A stretch of DNA of 63,672 nucleotides, filler included, from Choristocarpus tenellus KU-1152 (Eukaryota > Protista > Phaeophyceae): the NCBI GenBank assembly GCA_964200185.2. It is 13 parts of 13 records of this genome, joined end to end, with 100 filler letters (N's around TTAATTAATTAA, not from the genome) between each part and the next. Parts side by side here need not be neighbours in the genome. Positions count along the whole stretch, not along the records: positions 49,614 to 53,580 come from CAXNAD020016880.1; positions 53,681 to 57,206 come from CAXNAD020019449.1; positions 57,307 to 60,517 come from CAXNAD020021505.1; positions 60,618 to 63,672 come from CAXNAD020022634.1; 9 more parts are not named here. The stretch is one strand, 5' to 3'. The notes beneath the pieces are model-generated. The model was not told the origin of the DNA and did not search any database. It was given only the letters and a program-made list of their open reading frames with translations. Shown piece by piece: positions 53,538 to 63,672 of this stretch. The position numbers and the translations under genes are program-made. Every line of letters starts with the position of its first letter. Position 1 is the stretch's first letter.

Positions 53538-53680
53538 ACCCTCTACCTCCCCCTGTGTGGGGTGTTGTGGCACTTCACCTNNNNNNNNNNNNNNNNNNNN
53601 NNNNNNNNNNNNNNNNNNNNNNNNTTAATTAATTAANNNNNNNNNNNNNNNNNNNNNNNNNNNNNNNNNNNNNNNNNNNN

Positions 53681-53705
53681 CCCCCCCTCCCAGATACTTT
53701 GGGTC
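53681..53705. mobile_element. MITE family B terminus at contig start
   Basis: CCCCCCCTCCCAGATACTTTGGGTC. Confidence 0.65.
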
Positions 53706-53706
53706 T

Positions 53707-54230
53707 GAAGCTCGTTGTGCCATTGGCCACACACTTCCATCTTTGTAGCACAGGACATGATTGGTGCGTTCAAGTTTGTGAAATCGTATGAAGAGGAGGA
53801 GGAATTTGTAGTGATAGGAGGAGAGCTTCGGATAATGAACCTGGCAGCACAGCAATGTAACAGAACTTCGAGAAATTCAGCTTTGAGCATTCGAATCTTA
53901 AGCTCGAGTGGTACACACCTAAGGTTTAAGGTTTTTTCAAGGATATGCATTCCCAAGTGTGCATATGAGCAGTGCAATCACTTTTTATGGATGGATTATA
54001 TTAAATACAAAAAGTAATTTTATTAGGTTTATCCTAGCTGCTCTAATAGCTGGAGTTGGATTTAGTTTGATACATAAAGGATTCCACAATATTTATGACA
54101 TTGTAGGTTCAGTTTTCTTTTGTGCTAGTCTGCTAGCACTTGGTTCTATTTGCGAAAAAGGATCTGACCCATCTTGATCCTCCCATCGACCTTGGGAGGG
54201 ATAACAGCACCTTTGGTAGTTCCTTCAACA
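53707..54230 (-). mobile_element. Decayed non-LTR (RTE-type LINE) fragment, post-RT region
   Basis: VPLELKIRMLKAEFLEVLLHCC followed by HYPKLSSYHYKFLL..TNHVLCY matches the LK.R..KA.V...LLYGC.TW region C-terminal to RTE-clade RTs (recognised from memory). Confidence 0.6.
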
Positions 54231-54267
54231 CCACCAACTCATCTCAGCAGTTAAGTTTTAAACAAAC

Positions 54268-54339
54268 AACGCCGACTCGGGATCGAACCAAGGACCCGTA
54301 GAGCTGCAATCTACTGCTCTACCACTGAGCTATCAGCGC
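54268..54339 (-). tRNA. tRNA-Cys (GCA)
   Basis: GCGCTGA-TA-GCTC AGTGGTA GAGC-A-GTAGA TTGCAGC TCTAC-GGGTC-CTTGG TTCGATC CCGAG-TCGGCGT-T: complete cloverleaf, A/B boxes and the U73 discriminator typical of Cys. Confidence 0.93.
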
Positions 54340-57306
54340 GCGTTACACCGCTGTACATTCTAACATTTCTAGTTAGGTTTGTCTGGTTATACACACTAAA
54401 CTTCATCCTCGTCATGGGAAATCGTGGTTTCCAATGCCTTCAAGCACTAAGATTATAGAAATGTACGGATTGGTCTGCTCCTATGGCCATTTCTAATACA
54501 ATATATATTTGGGGTCAGAGGAAGTAGAAAATAGGTATAAAAAACCAAGAACAAACAGCTCTCACGATCAATCACAATTCTATCTACACAAACAACAAAA
54601 TAATATATACACATTGTACCAAGCCATTACATTCAAGATAACTCTTGCAGACAGAGTCTCTATTTATTAGGAGGGACTCGACGTAAAAAATAGGAGTGTT
54701 TTTTTCTTTTTTGTTACTTCATAGAGAACACAGTATATGTGTCATTGTCCAAAACAACCCCTGTCGTAGCACTCTCTCACAAACATGATAATTCTGTAGG
54801 TACAACCAGTGACAGGAGAAGAAACAAATATTATCATTTTAGAGGTAATGCGTGCTTGCACTGTTTTAGCTTTAATATGGTGCATGCTTTAAAAGCAACG
54901 GTCAGGATGTGGTGTGAAATGTGGTACATTAGTTGCGTGATCTGGAGCATTACACAGTAATTGCTCAAATCACTCATGAACAAGGATATCTCTCTCAACC
55001 TGACCATCTGCATTCCTGATAAACCTCCCTCTTCATTCTCGATTTAGCGCTGTATCCGCAGTAGTACTAGAATTATATTATATACTTCGAAGTATGATAG
55101 CTTTACCAACATATTGTGGAATATACAATTGCATTTAATCTCCCCACTAACATTTTGCAGGTTTTGTCGTGTAGGGGATATCCTAAGAAATATGCTCCAC
55201 AGCCTCTGCTACCTGTGACTCAAGGTGGGTACCGTTTTTGTCAAAAAGAAAAATCATCAGAAAATGTTTGTGTTTGTGTATTGTTTTGAGCATCTTACGT
55301 TAAAAAGAGGCCAAGGGGGCAAAAACAAGGCTCACTATACCTTGTTATGCACTGCAGATGTTCCCAACCCTATGACCCGCATGTAGTGGTGTGCGTATTG
55401 ATGAGTGATCAACTGTCCACTAGCAATTTGAATATGCTCAAACTGTCAGTTTCTCCCCCAGTAAAGTTAATGGATATTTCATACCCTATTCCGCGGTATA
55501 GTTTGAAGGCCTCTCACATTTAGCAGGAGCCAATGTGTTCAAATGAGGCAAGGGAAATACTTATATCCGCGTCATAACCCCTGTCTGGCACTGACTTCGA
55601 TGGGGAGCTTGATTCCACTCATGGAGACCTTGACTCTGTGTGTGCCGAGGAAGGTAACATCAGTGTTCTTCTCGCAGAAAATCAGCGTGATAGCTGGGTC
55701 TGGAGGGTCAGAACGATGCAATGTAGGAGCAGGAGGGGAGGGAGGGGTGCACCCACTCCCAGAAAAAGGTTGCACCACTTTTGTGGGCAGAGTTGCTGTA
55801 CAGGGACCCTTACCACAGTTCATCTAACATCTAATGAGGCACTCACAGGTTGAGATTGGTTGCCTGGATGATTTATCATCAAAACGATAATAGGCAAGGG
55901 GGATTGAGGAAGAAGACCCAATGCGATGTTGTGCTGTGGCTCGGGAAGTCTGTCCAGCCACAACACAACCTACGGTGAGAGCTTAGCCACCAAGATGAGC
56001 TTGGCAGAGGGTGGTCAAGACCCTTCTTACTGAAAATGACGACAACAACCCCTCTTTACAAGTAGGGGGCTGAATCTGCACGATTTGTAAGAAGGACAGA
56101 AGAAGCAAAATGCATACTCACATTGCCCTTTGTTAAGTGGTTCTTGGGTCGGTTTTCTTGCTTTACGTTTCCTTCCTTGCTGTGATGAAGGTTTTTTCTA
56201 CAGTAGTGTCTTTTTGGGTTGCCTGGCTGCTGTGAACTTCTTTCCTTGTACATTTGATGTTTAGGGGAATTGTCAGATTTAGCTCTTACTCCTAAGTAAT
56301 TTCCTCGCTGCAAATCACAGCTAATTTTTACTTCCTTCTGCAACTGTTATGTAACAGAGACGACATCTGTGTACGAATATACTATGGATGGATGGGGAGA
56401 GGAGGTGAGGTTAAATTAACATCGAATCATGGATAGGAAGATTTCCCGTAAATTTAAAACATTTAAGATTTGAGAATCTCGCTACTAAGTCAAAGTACGA
56501 GATATAGATTCCGTTTTCTAACGGTAGGGTCAAAATGAAAGAAAAGTATAAACAATTGGGATTGTCTAGACGTGCCATGCGCTTTAACTAGAGTCACCAG
56601 GGAGATGGGCACGGAGGGGTTTTGTTGGATTCTTGGGATGCCTCCCTAGCTCCCCCTCCCGGGGCGCAGGAGTAGGTAGATGGGAAGCACAAGAAGGCGA
56701 TAGTACAATATTGATAGTGGTGAAGTAACAGATTAGTGTTTTTCACACTTGCATTGTTTTATAGTGTTTTCACATTTATGATATTTTATTTCTTTAGGGC
56801 TTATACTGACATATGTATAGTTTTCATTTGTTTCCTCCCTGACACATGGAAAATGTCAGAGGACATGCTAACAATAAATAACGAATAAACTCTTGTATAT
56901 TTTTTCCAATATCGTTTCGTTTCTCAGATAGAATACCTCAATTTGACCATAACGAACAGGTGTTCCAGGCGAATAGCGCGAGCATTTCTTCTCGCGTTCT
57001 AACAAGCACGAGCAGTATACACGCATGGGGAACTTTATAAAGAGGAACTCCGATTTGCTAAAGGTTGCAGAGTAAGATTTGTAACTTGGGAATATTGTAA
57101 CGGTTTTTAGGTGTATTCCAACTTCTGTTAGCCAAAACAAATAAACGGTAAATGACGATGAAAGAAATGCTTCCTGGATGAGCTGGCTTCTCACATGGTA
57201 GGGGGGNNNNNNNNNNNNNNNNNNNNNNNNNNNNNNNNNNNNNNNNNNNNTTAATTAATTAANNNNNNNNNNNNNNNNNNNNNNNNNNNNNNNNNNNNNN
57301 NNNNNN

Positions 57307-59363
57307 GAGATGGGACAGGCGCAGATAGCGTCCAGGACTTGGCTGCCCCAGGGAAAGGATCCAAGGTGCCAACACAAAAAATGCGAGAACCAAGTAGGGT
57401 GGAGTTTCGAGCACATGTTATGACCAGGTCAGAGGAAGACAAAGACTCAATGGAGGAGCACATTGAGGTGAGCACAAGAAATGATTAAGCATTGTAAAAG
57501 GCAGGGCACACGTGTCTAGCCCATTACAGCACGTAACAAAACATTCCTCGTGTTCAGTGGTGTATGCGAATTATAGCAAAGACAGCTTCTGTTGAGCTTA
57601 CATGATGTCCCCAATCCTGTGATCAGACTTGACGTGGCAGTGATATATAGGACTTTAGAGTTATCCCTCTTGGCAACAATGCAGCACTTGTATCACAACA
57701 TGTTTAATGTTGCAACCATGAACCGTATGTGACTGCAGGAACTTAAGTCAGAGCTAGCCAGGGCAAAGCGTATCCTTGCTCTAACCAGGACAGTGACGTT
57801 GGCCACTCAGGGCCTTGCCCGACATCAATCAGCTGCTCTTGCAGGGGCAATATCCAGGTAATTTCATATCAGGGTCAGGAAAGTTAGGACTACTGAATTG
57901 ATCACTAACACTCCCATGATCTCCCTGCCTATAATCACTGTGGTGAGTAAATGGAGGATGCTCCAGATTTTACAATAACGAAGTCCTGGTTGAGTTGCTA
58001 TGTAGTAGCAACATTGATATTTGCTACCCTCACCAATAAATAACATCAATATTATACCATTTCTTGTGTGTGTCTGCATCACCATCACCCTCCAACACCA
58101 CGGTGTTTTGTATTAGTTCTTTGTCAGTGCGCATGCCGAGCATTCTTCCTTAACTTTACTGCCCATGCTCCCATTCAAGTGTGGAAGAAGGCGGAAATTG
58201 ATAGAGTGAGGGGTCAACGGGTGATTAATGGCAGGGTGGTTGGGGTGGAGAGCGGGGAACTTGTCTATCGGCACAAATCATGCAGACAAATGTGTTCCAG
58301 TATTCTGACCCACGTAGCTGTACCAAGATGCAAAGCTCCACTTTCTAAGCCAAAGCATGTGATACTCAGCAATTACCCTTGGAGAGGCAAACAGTTACAG
58401 TCATACACACCTCTTCTTTCTCATCTTCTCTTAATCAAGCCTGATTCCCCCCCCATTCGATTTCAAGTCAGGTGGAAAGAGGTTTGTCACGCAACAACCA
58501 CAACAACACAGGTGAAGGGTCCCAAGGTCGAAAACCATGGTGTGCAGAGGGGACAGGACTCAAGTGTAGGGTCTCCACCGGCAACGGTACTCTTGACACA
58601 GGTACGCCACCCCGAACCTCTCCTGGCAAACCAGTCAAAGGTTACACAAGCGTTGTCAACTCAAGTCCCTGCAGCAACTTCAAAGTCCCCCCATGTCAAA
58701 TGTTGGAGTGAGCCTTCTAATAATGGTGAACCAGAGAAATATTTTGCAAGGAAGCAAGAACTACTCCCTACAAGGGACTCAGGATCAAGACCAGGGATCG
58801 AGGGCACAAAAAAGAGAAGGGCAGACTGTCAATCTCAAGACAGGTTAAAGCAGCTGACAGACCTTGAGCTGTCATCGCCTCTTCAAACCAGTTTCAGGAA
58901 TCGGGACAAAGGGGGACTTCATCAATCAATTGAAACACCAGGGCGAACGTACAGTGCACCTGGAGCTAACGATTGTGAACAAGCTAAATGTAATACACGA
59001 ACAGGTTGTGAGGTTACCCATGGCTGTCACCACACCCACTCAGGGAAACACATGAATGGTAAAGGACACAGAAGCAACTCCAGGGAAGTTCAGAGGGTGG
59101 TAGCAGACAATTCCTCTGGAGTCGGAGAGAGAGAATTGGGTGTAGAGAAGATGTGTTCCATGGGAAAAAGAGGTGGTGAGCGCAAATGTACCACATCTCC
59201 TGCTGATTTTTTTTGTGACACACCGTGTAGTCTCAAGGAGGAAATAGACTCAGGCAATGATGGGGCCGGGGTAGAGGAGGAGGCAGAGTCAACTAGGTGC
59301 CAAGGGGAAGAGGAAGACCATTTGTTTCGGAGAGATTGCGCCGTGATGGCAGGTGTGACCAAG
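57307..59363 (+). CDS. Unknown protein, partial; exons <57307-57467, 57739-57857, 58472-59363
   Basis: GT-AG exons with compatible phases: ..MEEHIE-ELKSELARAKRILAL..ALAGAIS-RWKEVC, then a long disordered segment. No family recognised. Confidence 0.65.
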
Positions 59364-60177
59364 GTGAGGGTGATTGAAGACGCTTCCCTTTTTCTCCCTC
59401 CAACTTGAGGGTTTAATGGCAATTTTCCCCTCCCACATGTGATGGAATAGGGTGGAATTTGTTTTTGTCAAACTTCACAGGCAATCCTGGTGAGTGAGGA
59501 AACTGAATAGCCATGTAAAAACTTGGAACTGTTGCCTTTCTATAGTACTGTATCATTCATTTTACGTGTAAGGTCATCCAAGAGGAGGATCACTCTTGAC
59601 CCTTCTGGGTTAAAAAGTCTTTTTTTTTTCCTTGCGCAATATAAAACAAGCTCATGGCTGAAGCACATTTAACCCTCCTCAAGATGGCATCTCGGTAGGA
59701 GAAAGGTTTAGGTGTGAACACTTTGTTGACCAAAAGCACCCACTACAGTGCTCAAAACACATGTACAACAAGGCATAGGGGTCCTAAATAAATTTGAGAA
59801 TACCCCTCTTAGATGGCATCGTGTTTATTTGCTATTACTCTGGTTATTATGTCAATATCATCCTGTTGTGTGAGGAGAATGAGGGGGGGCAGAATACATG
59901 GTAGAAAATAATCTGACGTTTTGAACCAATAGAATTGCCCTACTACTAAAAGTGGGTTAGTAGGAAACAGTCATCTCACAATCTCCCTTAACCTTCAGTA
60001 TTGATCATTCTCGAAAACCTAAATCAAATCGAAAATCGATTGTCAAATATTTGTGGCAGAACTAAAGTTATAGGCACTTACAAGTCAATACAAGGAGATT
60101 TTTGAGCGGATTTACTCAGCGGAATTGCTGAAGGGAGGGATTAAGGCAGGGGGGGGGAGTCAACCAAATACGAGATC

Positions 60178-60440
60178 GAGTGAAAGTATCTTAGGGTTAG
60201 GGTACGAGTTTTTCCCTCTTTGTCCATTTGGGGCTTGGCTTCCCACGTTTTTTTTTTTTAACAATTTCCTAATCCGAAATGTCTTGGATTAGGTAATATG
60301 TATACGTCGTGAAAAGGTGTGTCCGGAACAAGGATATTGATGCTTCCGAACAAACACGATAGCCAAAATTATATCAAAATCACAACATTGGATTTTTCCT
60401 CCAAATGGACACGGCTCTACCCTTTAAGATCATTTGGCTC
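60178..60440 (-). mobile_element. MITE family A, full copy with a TTAGGG-type insertion in its TIR
   Basis: GAGTGAAAGTATCTTAGGGTTAGGGTACGAG...CTACCCTTTAAGATCATTTGGCTC. A family B start (GGGTCAACGTATCTGGG) follows at 60493-60517. Confidence 0.9.
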
Positions 60441-60834
60441 AGTACATTTGAAAACCACCATGCTTCATACTTGCAATTTACTCTAGGGAGCTGGGTCAAC
60501 GTATCTGGGAGGGAGGGNNNNNNNNNNNNNNNNNNNNNNNNNNNNNNNNNNNNNNNNNNNNTTAATTAATTAANNNNNNNNNNNNNNNNNNNNNNNNNNN
60601 NNNNNNNNNNNNNNNNNGACGAAAAATCTTTGCTCTTTCTTCACATCTTTCAAAACTTTTTCAAAACTCCCGTATTCCCCCCCTCCCCCCCCCCCCTACA
60701 CACACATGTGCCTGTGTGCCTGTGTGCCTGCGTGGACACACGCAGGCATGATTTTTTTTGTCTCCCCTAGTTGCCTTGTTGCAAAATGTTATGTTTGAAG
60801 TCGTTTCTGTTTTGTTGTGTTCTCTCTGATAGGT

Positions 60835-61150
60835 ACCCAATTTCTGTATATATATGTAGTTAAATATAGCGTGGTATAATACCCAATTTCTGTTTTAAAA
60901 ATAGTTTGATCTAGTTTGGTGTAATGCCCCAGGTCTGTTGTAAAAACAGTTAAATATAGTTTGTTATATTACCCAACGTCTGTTGTGAAAATAGTTAAAT
61001 ATAGCGTGGCGTAATACCCAAAGTCTGTTGTGAAAATATTTAAATATAGTTTGTTATATTACCCAACGACTGTTGTGAAAATAGTTAAATATAGCGTGGC
61101 GTAATACCCAAAATATGTTGTGAAAATAGTTAAATATCGTGTGGTATAAT
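60835..61150. repeat. Minisatellite, ~7 x 45 bp with 90-bp dimer structure
   Basis: Unit ACCCAA.GTCTGTTGTGAAAATAGTTAAATATAG followed by CGTGGCGTAAT or TTTGTTATATT. Confidence 0.9.
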
Positions 61151-61726
61151 AAGCGAAAGGGCCTTTTTTAGTGTTTTTTTGTTTTTGAGGGTATGTGTAG
61201 GGGGGAACAGGGATTTCAATCTGTTGTGAGTTTCTTGTGGTAGCTGGTGTTGGGGTGAGTTATCTTTAAATGCATGGTATGATAGTGGTCTGTTGGGTAT
61301 CTTATTAATACTCTGATCCCTTGATTTAGGGTTAGAGTTAGGGATAATTAAGTTTTAGGGACTGTATGTTTGGGTTTGGGCTACAACGTGGAGGCGTTGC
61401 TGCATCTAAGATTATTTTGAAGCACTGAATTGTGTGTTGGGATGTGCACTGATAGGTATGGATAAGGATGGATACATACACAGGCATGTTGCACATCAAG
61501 TTGAACATGTTGTACATATGCCTATTGTTGGTGTGGTGCTCTAGAGCAGTGGAGTACTGTAGATATTGTGCTCTAGAGCAGTGGGTGTGGAGTAGCGGTA
61601 TACTTTGTTCTGTTGTGTACAAGTGTTGCTTCAATTTTGAGAATGTGATGTTAGAGTGTTGTGCTAGGCTCTTTTGTTTCTTTGTATGACGCAGGCGTTT
61701 TAGCATGGATTACAAATGTTATGAAG

Positions 61727-61751
61727 GGTTAGGGTTAGGGTTAGGGTTAGG
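61727..61751. repeat. Short interstitial telomeric repeat (TTAGGG)n
   Basis: GGGTTAGGGTTAGGGTTAGGGTTAGG; similar runs at 9138-9161, 16394-16423, 16795-16810 and 46276-46303. Confidence 0.85.
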
Positions 61752-63433
61752 AGGTTGTGGAGTATCCCTCGAACATCTCAATTAAATTTATGAGATTGGA
61801 AGCTCACTTGAATCATGTAGTATCATGTTATGACAAGCACTTTCTTTTGTTCAAAAGGGTAAGGGTTTTGTTTGTATTGGTAGTACCAGATTAAAAGTTC
61901 AGAATGGAAGAGTTTCTTTGATTTTGATTGGACGGTCGCTGGAGACAGTTAAAAATGGAAGGTTTTACTTTCCCTTCTGATTAGTGTTCGATGGAGACGG
62001 GTGCTGTGTGTGTGAACACTGTTTGTTGTGCATGGTGTTTTTGATGAATATTTTTGACTATATAGACTGTTTTTGTCCTCTCCATTTCAAATAGTATTAG
62101 CTTCTGTGGGAATGATTGTGGTATTTGTTCTAATGCAATTTGTTCTATTCAAAGCGATGAATGTAATTTATTTTTTGAGGTGGTATTGGTTCTTGTTAAA
62201 TGTCTTTGGTGTTGTAGGTACATGGCGATATGACTTGTCACACACGCACACACACTCATACACAACACATAACACATAACACAACACACAACACAACACA
62301 TAACACATAACACAACACACAACCGCAGAGCAACATTTCGTTGATATACCCGGACGCCATGGTCTTGGTGCCTCTAGATTGCTTTTGACTCACCAAAGTT
62401 GCTTCAACTTTTTTTTGGTTGTGCAGTGTAGTAAGAATTTCTTCCGCATTTTCAATGACATGATAGGTATTATGTAGCATGATAGTTATTATGTAACCTT
62501 TTTTGTCCATCTATGATGTTATTTCTGATCCGATACTTTTAATTTTTTTTTGAGATTTTGAAATTGGCTGGTTTACTGTCTCCTCGCCAGTAGTAGGTCT
62601 GACGTAAACTGTTCTCATTTTCTGTTGATGTTTTTTTTTATCAGCTTTTGGGGGTCTGGTACGAGCGAGGAAATATCCTGGTCTTTGTGGACACTCAGCA
62701 GAAGTGTGACACACTCTTCCAGGTATGATGTGGGTGCCGTGGTATTTATTACCCCAGAGCTGTAATGTGTGCTCCAGAGTGTATTATAATGCTCCAGAGC
62801 ACTCTGATGTTTGTATAGAGGCAGGGTATCTTAATACGCTTGGGAAATATTTTGGTTATTTGATGGTGCTGTGTGCCATGAGGTGCTGGGTTTTAAGGAC
62901 TATACACTTCCTTGGGTTGTGTGTGGTGCATGTGTAGACTGAATGGTGAGGTGTTGAAGTAGGGGATGAGGATAGAGGTAGGGTTGAGATTCTGTGTGGC
63001 TTCCTACTGTGAGAGTGCTGTTGTTGATACTGCTGTAGGAGAGAAAGTGTGGGAAATTCAAAACTGTAGTCTTTTTTGGAGACTTTTTTTCTGTTTTTTT
63101 TTTGGGGGGGGGGAGGATTTTTTTTTTTCAGTGTTGTGGATGCAGTTGATTGGTTGTTTATTAGTACTCTCATTGTGAATTAGGTTATTAACTTACTAGT
63201 ACTGCAATACCATCATAGTATAGGGCAGTGGTTAAAGAGATCAAGAAAATACTGTATTATTTTCTATTTTGTACAGGTAGTGGGGAATATGTAGGGAAAA
63301 TACCAGGTAAATGTGTTTGTTTTTTTTGGGGGGGGGTGGTAAGATGTGGGGTGACATCTATTCTCACTTCTATAAAAATACTTAAGTTCTATTTTGTTTT
63401 CAGGCTTGTGCGTAAGTGTGCTGACACCCTTCT

Positions 63434-63491
<58 letters not shown>

Positions 63492-63672
63492 CTCCTCTTT
63501 CTTTTTGATGCTCAGGATCTTTCACGTGCTGGTTACCATGGGTTGTCACTACATGGAGGAAAAGATCAGACAGATAGGGACTTCACTATATCAGACTTCA
63601 AGAATAAGACCTGCACACTGATGGTGGCTACCAGTGTAGCAGGGAGGTGGGTACCTCCCCCCTCCCCCCCCC

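Noticed and set aside
55540-56340. Possible second Copia integrase-downstream remnant
   Set aside because: Too degenerate; only a faint AKLSP..C.W similarity.
58068-58471. N-terminal part of the 446-aa ORF
   Set aside because: Splice phase indicates the exon starts at 58472; the upstream part is probably intron that happens to be open.
60835-61150. Regularly spaced repeats resembling a CRISPR array (also 13920-14200)
   Set aside because: There are no unique spacers, whole units repeat, no cas genes are present, and the context is eukaryotic.

Overview
This is not one locus. It is 13 short eukaryotic contigs joined by artificial 100-nt spacers (N44-TTAATTAATTAA-N44), so adjacency across a spacer means nothing. 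Intron-rich genes with GT-AG introns, the H3/H4 sequence variants, TTAGGG repeats and an RTE-type LINE remnant suggest a stramenopile, probably a brown alga or relative (inference). Host genes: partial NAD(P) transhydrogenase (beta domain), an ankyrin protein resembling ACAP-type ArfGAPs, an H1/H4/H3 histone cluster with 3' stem-loops and a frameshifted H3, a CFAP52-like WD40 protein, eIF3L, tRNA-Cys(GCA) and two unknown low-complexity genes. Mobile DNA: decayed Copia, Gypsy-like and RTE remnants, plus about 19 whole or partial copies of related non-autonomous DNA transposons (MITE families A, B, C). Best candidates for novelty: (1) bipartite, asymmetric MITE ends (AAAGTATCT plus GTCCATTTG, with 16-nt versus 26-nt spacers) and a hairpin with compensatory changes; (2) a 2.3-kb, almost spacer-less palindrome; (3) scattered short TTAGGG insertions, one inside a MITE. 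All alignments were done by eye; no database searches were run.
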